This document shows, one piece after another, positions 50,964 through 59,413 of a stretch of DNA of 64,000 bases. Positions within the stretch are counted from its first letter, which is position 1; each line of letters starts with the position of its first letter. A model generated the notes under the pieces. It worked only from the letters and a program-made list of their open reading frames with translations, ran no database searches and was not told where the DNA came from. Source of the DNA: an uncultured Poribacteria bacterium (lineage in GTDB: Bacteria; Poribacteria; WGA-4E; WGA-3G); NCBI GenBank assembly GCA_951813565.1, contig OX638351.1, forward strand, positions 4,896,001 through 4,960,000. Reading direction: 5' to 3'. Both the position numbers and the translations under genes were made by a program.

Positions 50964-52327
50964 TGGCTGTTGAACTGAGAATGCTCCAGATGGATCAGAC
51001 AATGACTAAGGGAAAAATCGGGAAATGGCTTGTTAAGGAAGGCGATACCGTGACAGAGGGACAACCTCTGTTAGAAATTGAAACGGATAAAGTTGTTCAT
51101 GAACAAGAATCGCCTGCTGATGGTGTAATTGCCCAAATACTCCCAGAAGAAGGTAGTAATGTCCCAGTTAATGCACTGTTAGCGATTATCGCTGCACCGG
51201 GTGAAGAGGTAGAACGTGTGGAAGCGGATACTACGGCAGCGCCACAGACATCTGATAAGCCAGAGCAGGTGACTACACCCGTTGCGCCAGCAAAAACACA
51301 AACTCAACCGAGTACACCAGCATCAAAAAGCATTAAAGCATCGCCCGCAGCAGAGCAGCTCGCCAAAAAACTCGCTATTGATTTAATACAGGTGAAAGCC
51401 TCTGGTCCTGGAGGACGGATCCTTGAAAGCGATATTCATCGCTATATTGAAACGAGAGGGCCCGTTTCAAGTGAATCAACACGCCTCAAAGCATCACCGC
51501 TTGCCCGGCGATTAGCAAAGGAATTTGGACTTGACCTTGCTTTAATTTCGGGTTCGGGACCCGATGGCAGAATTGTTCGCGATGACGTGATGCAAGCCAG
51601 CACTGAAATCCCCGCCCAAGTATTCCGCACTGAACCCGCTGCTTCAGAAGTCATTGAACTTAGCGGTATCCGTAAAATCATCGCTGAACGGATGACAATG
51701 AGCGTTCAGACGAACGCCAGTGTCACACTTCACACCGAAGTTGACGCGACAACCCTTGTTGAATTGCGCGGGATGTTCAACGAAGAATTACAGAAAAGAG
51801 AGGTGAGTCTTACCTTTACCGATCTACTTGTGAAGATTGTTGCAATCGCCTTAGGCGAACATCGATCACTTAATGCAACGCTTACAGATGAAGGAATTCA
51901 CATGTTAGCGGACATCAACATCGGGGTGGCAGTTGCATTGGAAGATGGACTTGTCGTGCCAGTTGTCCGCAATGCTGATAAGATAGGTTTAGCTGCTATC
52001 TCTGAACAGGTAAAAACCTTAGCAGAAAAGGCACGTAACAATCAGCTTACACCTGGTGAACTGCAAGGTGGTACTTTTACCTTGACAAACCTCGGTAATT
52101 TTGGAATAGATGCATTTACACCTATTATAAATCCGCCTGAGTGTGCGATCCTTGGGGTAGGACGCATTGTAAAGAAACCGGTTGTCCACAACGATGAAAT
52201 TGTTATTCGGAGCATGCTGGCGCTGAGTCTGACATTTGATCATCGTGTTGTTGATGGTGCACCTGCTGCACAATTCCTGCAAACGGTGTCTCAATATATT
52301 CAGAACCCATATCTATTGCTTGTATAA
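50963..52327 (+). CDS. 2-oxoacid dehydrogenase E2 (dihydrolipoamide acyltransferase)
   Basis: Lipoyl motif EIETDKV, two subunit-binding domains (KASPAA..GPGGRI and KASPLARR..GPDGRI) and catalytic DHRVVDG. Confidence 0.95.
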   Translation: MAVELRMLQMDQTMTKGKIGKWLVKEGDTVTEGQPLLEIETDKVVHEQESPADGVIAQILPEEGSNVPVNALLAIIAAPGEEVERVEADTTAAPQTSDKPEQVTTPVAPAKTQTQPSTPASKSIKASPAAEQLAKKLAIDLIQVKASGPGGRILESDIHRYIETRGPVSSESTRLKASPLARRLAKEFGLDLALISGSGPDGRIVRDDVMQASTEIPAQVFRTEPAASEVIELSGIRKIIAERMTMSVQTNASVTLHTEVDATTLVELRGMFNEELQKREVSLTFTDLLVKIVAIALGEHRSLNATLTDEGIHMLADINIGVAVALEDGLVVPVVRNADKIGLAAISEQVKTLAEKARNNQLTPGELQGGTFTLTNLGNFGIDAFTPIINPPECAILGVGRIVKKPVVHNDEIVIRSMLALSLTFDHRVVDGAPAAQFLQTVSQYIQNPYLLLV

Positions 52328-52338
52328 GGAAAACGTTT

Positions 52339-52965
52339 ATGAAAAAATGGATATGTTTACTTGTCTCGCTATTTTTGTTTACAGTAGGGTACGCTCAAGA
52401 AACAGATTTTGATGACTTGCTCGCGTCTGATGTAAATGCGGATGGAATCGTTAATATTCTTGATTTGGTGTTCGTGGCTTCACACTTTGGTGTAACATCT
52501 TCTGCGGATCAGTATGCTAATCCAGATGTAAACGGTGATGGAACTGTAAACATTCTTGACCTTACATTGGTAGCGAGCCACTTTGGTAAATATTCTGGTA
52601 TTCCACTTGAATTAACCGATAAAACATTTGACAATGTTGTGCGTAACGCAAAATTGCCTATTTTAGTCGAATTTAAGTCCGATTACTGAATCTACTGTTT
52701 ATTGATGAGACCGGTGGTCTCTGAAATTGCCTTAGAATATCGTGACGTTTTCGTCGTAGCAAAGTTAGATGTGAACGACAATCCAGAAAAAACAGAAGAG
52801 TACCACATCCGCGGAACACCGACATATATCCTATTCTACAAAGGAAGCGTTATAAGAACAATCATCGGTGCCATGCCAAAAGATAGATTGGTAAATCGTA
52901 TTCTTGAAGGGTTAACTACGGTGATAGAACCACCACTCGCACAGGAGCAAACAGACAGCGAATAA
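52339..52965 (+). CDS. Secreted dockerin-like plus thioredoxin protein with an in-frame UGA (candidate selenoprotein, UxxC)
   Basis: ORFs 52339-52689 and 52702-52965 are in the same frame; read-through gives LVEFKSDY-U-IYC-LLMRPVV; DVNADGIVNILDLV repeats; cis-Pro motif IRGTPT. Confidence 0.8.
52698..52725 (+). promoter_or_regulatory. Bacterial SECIS-like hairpin
   Basis: GAGACC-GGT-GGTCTC stem-loop with the loop G 24 nt after the UGA; possible lower stem TTTA/TGAA. Confidence 0.6.
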
Positions 52966-54804
52966 TGCTGTCCATTGCCATACCTCCCGCGTAAGAGGTT
53001 GTAGCAGATTTTTTTCGTTTACTTGTTTTTCTGTGCTTGATTCTGTTGTGGAATAGGAAAGTGCAGATTCGGTTGCATCAAGTAAATTGACTGCGAATCG
53101 CGCAAATAGTGAATCGCCAGAAAATACAGAATAAACACCGATTTGGTCTGTTTCTGAGAACACTTCACTCTCTAATTCAATCATGGCACTGTCAGGTTTT
53201 TTCACCTGAATGTTTGGGTTTTCCACAGTTGATAAATCGATTTTCAATTGTTCTCCTGTCCGAAATATCTGCCGTGTCCTATTTTTTTGAACTGTAAGCG
53301 ACTTTATCGGGACGGTTCCCGCCTCAAGCCACGCTAAGCATCGGTACATAAATATTGGAACATCTGGAATAGTCGTGAGAAAAGAAGAAATTCCTGGATT
53401 GAACGCATCAAATTCAAAGACCAGAAATTGTCTGTCTGCCTCAGTGCCAAGCCATACCAATGCCCCTTTCTCGGATTCAATAAGTGAATTTCCCCAGAGT
53501 GGCAATTCTCTACGCACAGATTCCTTTACTTGTAATCCCATAATAGATACGTCTTGCATAATCGGATGGGTTTTATCCTCTTTGATAATGGAAACAGGTG
53601 TTGTGATAATTTCAACCGAGGATTCTGTCATGAAAGGTAATTCCCTCTCCGAATTGATAACAATGATGCTTTCTGTGCCGAGAACGTTCAAAAAGTTGTG
53701 CTCCGATGAGATTCCACCATCGAAAACGATAATGTCCGCATCACCCGTGCCGTGATATTCATCCGTTGACACTTTTTGTAGCTCAACATGATCTCCGTAA
53801 CTTCTCAAAAGTTCCATCAATAGTAGTTGATCTCTGTCGCTGACGAGTAGGATTCGGAATTGTTTTAATGGGTTAAGGATTGCCCACGTCCTATTGTCCA
53901 ACTCAAAGTCATCAGCGGCATCAACAAGGTAGAGGCTAATGGCTCTACCATCTAATCCTTCCGCATTGATAGAGAACAGAACAGTTTTTACCTCTCCAGC
54001 GGCAAGTGTTACAAGTTTTTCAGCAATTGACGTGCCATCTTCAAGTCCTAATGCAATATCTATTTTTCTTTGCGTGTCTGTCCAATTCTGAATACCCGCA
54101 AGAACCGTATATTGGTCTGCAATTCTTTCCACACTGAATTGCACAATACCGATATTTTCGGCCTTTCCTCCTACTGCGATTTTATTGATAGGCACAGATG
54201 TAACCGGCAAATTTTCAAATGAATCGCTCATAAAAAAGATTTGGTCTTGTGGTGAATCCGCATAGCGTGTTGCATGATCAAAAACAGATGTCAATTCACC
54301 AACTGCATGTGTTGGCGCGATATTTTGCACGGCACGTCGAAGTTTATCTTTATCTGTAGTAAATGCTTGTTGAATATAAGGTTTAGGGGCATGCGTTGCC
54401 ATAATCATCATGCCGCCGCTCGCAGAAACCTGACTGATGCGTTTCAACGCTTCCTGTTTAGCAAGTGCTAATCGGGCCTCTCCCATCTCCTGCGACTGCA
54501 TACTTGCCGAATTATCAACGATAAAGATTATTTTGCCATGGACTATGCCGGGAAGTTGCAAAGCAGGCCGTGCTACGCTAACGATTATGACAAGTAAAAA
54601 CAAGCCTTGTAAAATCGGTAAGAGTAGATTCCGCAGACGCTGAAAGGGGACATTCGCTTTCTGATCCTCTGCACCTGCTCGCCAAAGTAGTAGACTCGGA
54701 ACAACGTAACGTTGTCTACGCAGCTTCAGAAAATGCAGCGCAATCACGATAGGGATAATTCCTAACAAGTAAAACGCAGCCGGGTTCAGAAAAGCCATTT
54801 TCAA
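52912..54804 (-). CDS. BatA N-terminal plus von Willebrand factor A domain protein
   Basis: FLNP..IALHFLK..VPSLLLW, SVARP, MIDAS DNSASM and C-terminal TM ending LLLCEWW. Confidence 0.9.
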   Translation of the reverse strand: MKMAFLNPAAFYLLGIIPIVIALHFLKLRRQRYVVPSLLLWRAGAEDQKANVPFQRLRNLLLPILQGLFLLVIIVSVARPALQLPGIVHGKIIFIVDNSASMQSQEMGEARLALAKQEALKRISQVSASGGMMIMATHAPKPYIQQAFTTDKDKLRRAVQNIAPTHAVGELTSVFDHATRYADSPQDQIFFMSDSFENLPVTSVPINKIAVGGKAENIGIVQFSVERIADQYTVLAGIQNWTDTQRKIDIALGLEDGTSIAEKLVTLAAGEVKTVLFSINAEGLDGRAISLYLVDAADDFELDNRTWAILNPLKQFRILLVSDRDQLLLMELLRSYGDHVELQKVSTDEYHGTGDADIIVFDGGISSEHNFLNVLGTESIIVINSERELPFMTESSVEIITTPVSIIKEDKTHPIMQDVSIMGLQVKESVRRELPLWGNSLIESEKGALVWLGTEADRQFLVFEFDAFNPGISSFLTTIPDVPIFMYRCLAWLEAGTVPIKSLTVQKNRTRQIFRTGEQLKIDLSTVENPNIQVKKPDSAMIELESEVFSETDQIGVYSVFSGDSLFARFAVNLLDATESALSYSTTESSTEKQVNEKNLLQPLTREVWQWTALFAVCLLLCEWWFYHRS

Positions 54805-54955
54805 TGTCGGGAGTCAAAGGGTAAGAACATCATGAAGCTTAACTTTTCATAATGTATTTTGGAGTTTATTCTACTTTGGATGGATAGCAAAACGTTGCAT
54901 CTCTATATACCGCAATTCAGATTTTATGTTTGTATTACGGTATATAGGGACACTG

Positions 54956-55417
54956 TTATGGGTTAGGATTCGGTGGTGTCGTCTGTGATTCTGCTGGAGA
55001 CGGTGAAGATTCTCCATTCTCTCTTTCGTTGAGATTCTTGATAACTTCCTCTGCATCCAGTTTGCCTACTTCGCCGTAGTTTTGTAGACATTCACAAGCT
55101 TCACGAACCTTATCGTATTCACCAAGCTCCAAATAGATATTCGCTAAGTTCTTGTGCATCTCGCGAAAGACACCGGGCCAATTCCGTTCGCCTTCCTTTT
55201 CAACAATCCGCGTTGCATTTTCTATAGCAATGTTGACAACATTGTCAAACTCTGCTTTTTCTGATGCTGAAAAGGGGACATTTTCTTGTTGTCGTTGCTC
55301 ATTATAGGCGCGCAAAGCACCCAAAGCCTTGTCACATTGGTTATAAGTCTTTTCAATGCTCAAGGCACCTTCAAAGATTTTTGATAAAAACCCAAATTTC
55401 ATAAAAATAGGTCTCAT
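54956..55417 (-). CDS. Hypothetical protein with one TPR-like hairpin
   Basis: MHKNLANIYLELGEYDKVREAC; the start may be the second Met. Confidence 0.7.
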   Translation of the reverse strand: MRPIFMKFGFLSKIFEGALSIEKTYNQCDKALGALRAYNEQRQQENVPFSASEKAEFDNVVNIAIENATRIVEKEGERNWPGVFREMHKNLANIYLELGEYDKVREACECLQNYGEVGKLDAEEVIKNLNERENGESSPSPAESQTTPPNPNP

Positions 55418-55435
55418 TAGTGTAAAGTCATCAAA

Positions 55436-56227
55436 TTAAAAAGATGTTTTCAGTTGTCCCCAAGTAACAGCCAATTTGTCTTTCGCTTCCACATCCAAAA
55501 CACCAGGAATACCAATTTCCATAGAGGTTTTTACCTCTTCCTCCGTCAGCGCTTTTGAATAGATGACAACTTCATCAATAATTGCATCTTCAACTCTATG
55601 GACGTTTGGGTTTTCACCCGCACCAATGTAAATTGATGCCTCTTTGAACTTTGGAAACTTGAAGTTCTCTACCTGCGAACCGATGAATTCTCCGTTGACG
55701 TAGATTTTACCGTCAGCACCGTCAGCGACTAAAACATAGTGGTACCATTCTTTCAGTTCAAATTTGAAATTTACCAATTTTTTATCCGCGTGGTGGGCAG
55801 CATCCCAAAATGGATTGAATTCAGGATTCACCATCGTACGAAATTCGCAACATCCGCCATCTACAGTCTCAATTGAGATGATCCCATCGTAAGCTGCATG
55901 TTGATTAAGATAAAACCACGCCTCCATCGTAATTTGCCCGTTTTCACCGATCGGGACGATGAAATCGTTGGGAGGAGTCATCTGGACGATGCCACCGTTT
56001 AAATGTACCGCTTTACCAAATTGACCGTCAACAAGTTTGCCACTGCCAACTAACTCGGCATCATTTCCATTGCCAGAGCCGTCTTTGAATATTTTTCCAT
56101 CAAGTTTATCAAAGGAATAGTAAACAACAATGTGATCCCTAACATCATCCTCTTCAACAGCGTAGGTGAAACTGACAGCGAAAATTAACATCGCCGAAAG
56201 TCCTAACAAAAATAAATTTCTAAGCAT
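55436..56227 (-). CDS. Secreted LamG/concanavalin A-like domain protein
   Basis: YYSFD..DGSGNGND..GQFGKAV, EWYHYV, IIDEVVIYSKALTEEEV; C-terminal VEAKDKLAVTWGQLK; start at the ATG at 56227. Confidence 0.9.
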   Translation of the reverse strand: MLRNLFLLGLSAMLIFAVSFTYAVEEDDVRDHIVVYYSFDKLDGKIFKDGSGNGNDAELVGSGKLVDGQFGKAVHLNGGIVQMTPPNDFIVPIGENGQITMEAWFYLNQHAAYDGIISIETVDGGCCEFRTMVNPEFNPFWDAAHHADKKLVNFKFELKEWYHYVLVADGADGKIYVNGEFIGSQVENFKFPKFKEASIYIGAGENPNVHRVEDAIIDEVVIYSKALTEEEVKTSMEIGIPGVLDVEAKDKLAVTWGQLKTSF

Positions 56228-56303
56228 GGTCTGTGCCTCCTTCATATCATTAGTAAAATTATTGTAGCAGACATACAAAACGGTGTCAACAAGTTTATTC
56301 TGA

Positions 56304-56615
56304 GGACATGAAGCAGAGCGATTCAATTCTCCAATGATTTTTTTTACCAAGACTCCAAAAAATCGCGTCAACCACCATGCTGACAACAAAATGCACGCTC
56401 ATCCAAGATGCAAAAACGTATCAACCCAACTTTTCGACTAAAACCGATAATTAGACAAAAATTGAATGCCTTTGGGACATGAAGCAGAGCCATTCAATTC
56501 TCCAATAATTTCTTCTTTTTCCTAATACCTCTTCTTGTAGGAGCGAGCTCCAGCTCGCGACCATGTGCAAAATGTTGAGAAAAACTCAACAATTGAATGC
56601 CTCTGGGACATGAAG
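56304..56615. mobile_element. Two tandem MITEs (CAGAGCCATTCAATT TIR) sharing a triplicated 10-bp target
   Basis: GGACATGAAG occurs at 56304, 56475 and 56606; the elements span 56314-56474 and 56485-56605. Confidence 0.75.
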
Positions 56616-56683
56616 CGTTTAACTTGACTAATACCGCCTGTTATGTTAGGATAGACGCAAAAAACAACAGGGAGAGATGATAT

Positions 56684-58459
56684 ATGACACTGATTTCTAT
56701 GTTTGAGCAATCAGTCCAGAAGTATGGCAACAAACCCGCATTAGCACATAAACCGAAAGGCGGTACCTATCTGGATATTTCTTACGCCGAATTTGGCGAA
56801 TCGGTGGACGCTTTTAGTAAAGGTTTAAATGTGTTAGGGGTGCAAAAAGGGGACAGAATAGCAATTTTATCCGAAAATCGTCCGGAATGGGCAATTTCGG
56901 ACTTCGGTATCCTTAAAGCCGGTGCGGTTAACGTGCCAATGTTTTCAACGTTAACCGCGGCACAAGTTGGTTATATTCTCAAAGATTCTGGGGCAAAAAT
57001 AATCTGTGTTTCAACCAAAGACCAGCTGGAAAAGGTAATTGCAATTCGCGATAAGGTGCCATCACTTGAACAGATAATTATCTTTGATTCAATTGAAGGT
57101 AAATCTCCAGAAAGCGTTTTAGAATTTGAGCGGATATGCCATCGTGGCAAAGAAGCAGATGCACTTGAAGAGGATGAAACGGATAAAGATGATATTGCTA
57201 CGATTATCTATACCTCCGGCACGACCGGCAACCCGAAAGGTGTTATGCTAACGCATGCGAATTTTTTATCAAACTTTAATGCTTGTAAAACGCTCATTGA
57301 TGTCGGCGAAACGGATGTGTTGTTATCTTTCCTCCCGTTGTCTCATGTTTTTGAACGACTCGGTGGACACTATGTGCCAATGTTTTCTGGCGCGAAGATA
57401 GCGTATGCAGAGAGCACCTTCACAGTAGCGCAGAATATGCAGGAGGTTTCACCGACAGTAATGCTCAGCGTGCCGCGCTTGTATGAAACGATGCATGACA
57501 GGGTTTTACGTGCTGTGCAGGCGGGTTCATCGCTCAAACAGAAGATTTTCCACTGGGGTGTCTCAGTTGGTTCAGCAGTGAGTTCTAAAATTCAACAAGG
57601 AAAAAAACCATCTGCGCTCTTGCAGCTACAACAGGGCATTGCGGACAAACTGGTTTTTGCAAAGTTGAAAGCTGCAATAGGTGGACAACTGCGGTTTTTT
57701 GTGTCCGGTGGTGCTGCGTTACCACAATCAATCGCTGAGTTTTTCCACGCAGCAGGGATTCTGATTTTAGAAGGGTACGGTTTAACAGAAACCTCGCCAG
57801 TCATTAGTCTGAACCATCCGGAAAAGTGGAAGTTCGGGACTGTTGGCGCGCCTATTCCCGGTATTGAAGTCCAGATCGCTGAAGATGGAGAAATTTTGAC
57901 CCGTGGACCGCATGTCATGAAGGGTTATTTTAACAATGAAGACGCAACCGTAGAGGTTATTGATGGAGAGGGTTGGTTTCATACTGGAGATATCGGTATT
58001 ATTGACGATGATGGATTTATCAAGATTACTGACCGCAAGAAGAACATCATTGTGTTATCCAATGGTAAGAATGTGGCACCACAACCGATAGAAAGCGAAC
58101 TGGTGCAAAGTCCATTTATTGATCAGATTATGTTGGTGGGCAATGAACGTAAAAATGTTGCTGCACTGATTGTTCCGAATTTTGATGCGCTTAAATCATG
58201 GGCATCGGAGAATAGTGTTGATACGTCAGATATTCCTGAGATGTTGAAAACTCGCGAGGTGCAACAACTCATTCAAAGTGAAATTCGGGAACGTTTAACA
58301 GATTTCGCAGATTTTGAACAGGTTAGACGGTTTGTGCTGCTTGAAAAGGAATTCTCGCAGGAAGAGGACGAGATGACTCCCACACTGAAGTTAAAACGGA
58401 ACGTTATTTTTGAAAAGTATAGTGATGTGATTGAGGGTATGTATCCGGAAGAGGCGTAG
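56684..58459 (+). CDS. Long-chain fatty acid-CoA ligase (AMP-dependent synthetase)
   Basis: IYTSGTTGNPKG, EGYGLTE, WFHTGDIG, ITDRKK and TPTLKLKR. Confidence 0.95.
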   Translation: MTLISMFEQSVQKYGNKPALAHKPKGGTYLDISYAEFGESVDAFSKGLNVLGVQKGDRIAILSENRPEWAISDFGILKAGAVNVPMFSTLTAAQVGYILKDSGAKIICVSTKDQLEKVIAIRDKVPSLEQIIIFDSIEGKSPESVLEFERICHRGKEADALEEDETDKDDIATIIYTSGTTGNPKGVMLTHANFLSNFNACKTLIDVGETDVLLSFLPLSHVFERLGGHYVPMFSGAKIAYAESTFTVAQNMQEVSPTVMLSVPRLYETMHDRVLRAVQAGSSLKQKIFHWGVSVGSAVSSKIQQGKKPSALLQLQQGIADKLVFAKLKAAIGGQLRFFVSGGAALPQSIAEFFHAAGILILEGYGLTETSPVISLNHPEKWKFGTVGAPIPGIEVQIAEDGEILTRGPHVMKGYFNNEDATVEVIDGEGWFHTGDIGIIDDDGFIKITDRKKNIIVLSNGKNVAPQPIESELVQSPFIDQIMLVGNERKNVAALIVPNFDALKSWASENSVDTSDIPEMLKTREVQQLIQSEIRERLTDFADFEQVRRFVLLEKEFSQEEDEMTPTLKLKRNVIFEKYSDVIEGMYPEEA

Positions 58460-58501
58460 GCATAGGGCGGACAAAGCCCTCCTACAAGAAAGAATCAACA
58501 T

Positions 58502-59398
58502 CTAAGATGGCACAAGAACAGTGAGACCGTGCTTGATAATTTCAATCGTGGCAGGTGTTTCGCACATCGGTTCACCATCGGCATAAAGCATAACGGGTGG
58601 GTCGGTCTCAATCTTCAAACTACGGGTCTGATGGATTTCTACTGCAGGATGAGAGACATGACCACCCCAAAATAGGGTAACCATCAGACGAAGTACTGTA
58701 AAGGATGAGACGGGATGGATAAGGCATACATCAAAAAGCCCATCATCAAAGTGTGCGTTTGGCACGATCTTAAATCCGCCACCATAACTTTTTGTACTTC
58801 CGGTTGCAGCAAGTAGAAGCTGCCCCTCATGAGTGCCAAAGTCGCCTTCAATTCGTACGAACGGACATTCGTATTTGAATAATGTAGCGACAGCAGCATA
58901 GACGTAAGATGCTGTCCCAGAAAATGGTGTGGTGCGCGCCGCAGCGCGACGACTGACCTCAGTATCGTAGCCACAAGTCGTTATTGTCGTGAAATAGTGT
59001 TCGCTATCCTTCTCTGAGCGGACGCGACCTAAATCAATATGTTTGATCTCGCCAGTTAATAGTGTTTCAATAGCGTGCTGCGGTTTACGTGGAATACCGA
59101 CAGCAGTTGCTAAATCGTTGCCGCGCCCACACGGAATTATACCTAAGCTAACATCTGGAACAGTCGCAATACCGTTGACAATCTCATGAAGCGTGCCATC
59201 ACCACCACAAGCAATTACCCGTCGAATTCCACTTGAGACTGCTTCTTGAGCAAAACGTGTTGCATCTCCAGTGTCAGTCGTTAGCCTCATTTCACCGTTA
59301 TGGCCCGCTACTGTCAGGGCGGTGCATGCCTGCTCAGCAACCGTTTTTGCTTTGCCTTTACCAGATATTGGGTTTGCGATAAGGATAAAGTCGTCCAT
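58502..59398 (-). CDS. Diacylglycerol kinase family (YegS/Rv2252) lipid kinase
   Basis: ANPISG, GGDGTLHE, PCGRGNDLA and DGE. Confidence 0.93.
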   Translation of the reverse strand: MDDFILIANPISGKGKAKTVAEQACTALTVAGHNGEMRLTTDTGDATRFAQEAVSSGIRRVIACGGDGTLHEIVNGIATVPDVSLGIIPCGRGNDLATAVGIPRKPQHAIETLLTGEIKHIDLGRVRSEKDSEHYFTTITTCGYDTEVSRRAAARTTPFSGTASYVYAAVATLFKYECPFVRIEGDFGTHEGQLLLAATGSTKSYGGGFKIVPNAHFDDGLFDVCLIHPVSSFTVLRLMVTLFWGGHVSHPAVEIHQTRSLKIETDPPVMLYADGEPMCETPATIEIIKHGLTVLVPS

Positions 59399-59413
59399 AA
59401 TTGTAATAACAAC

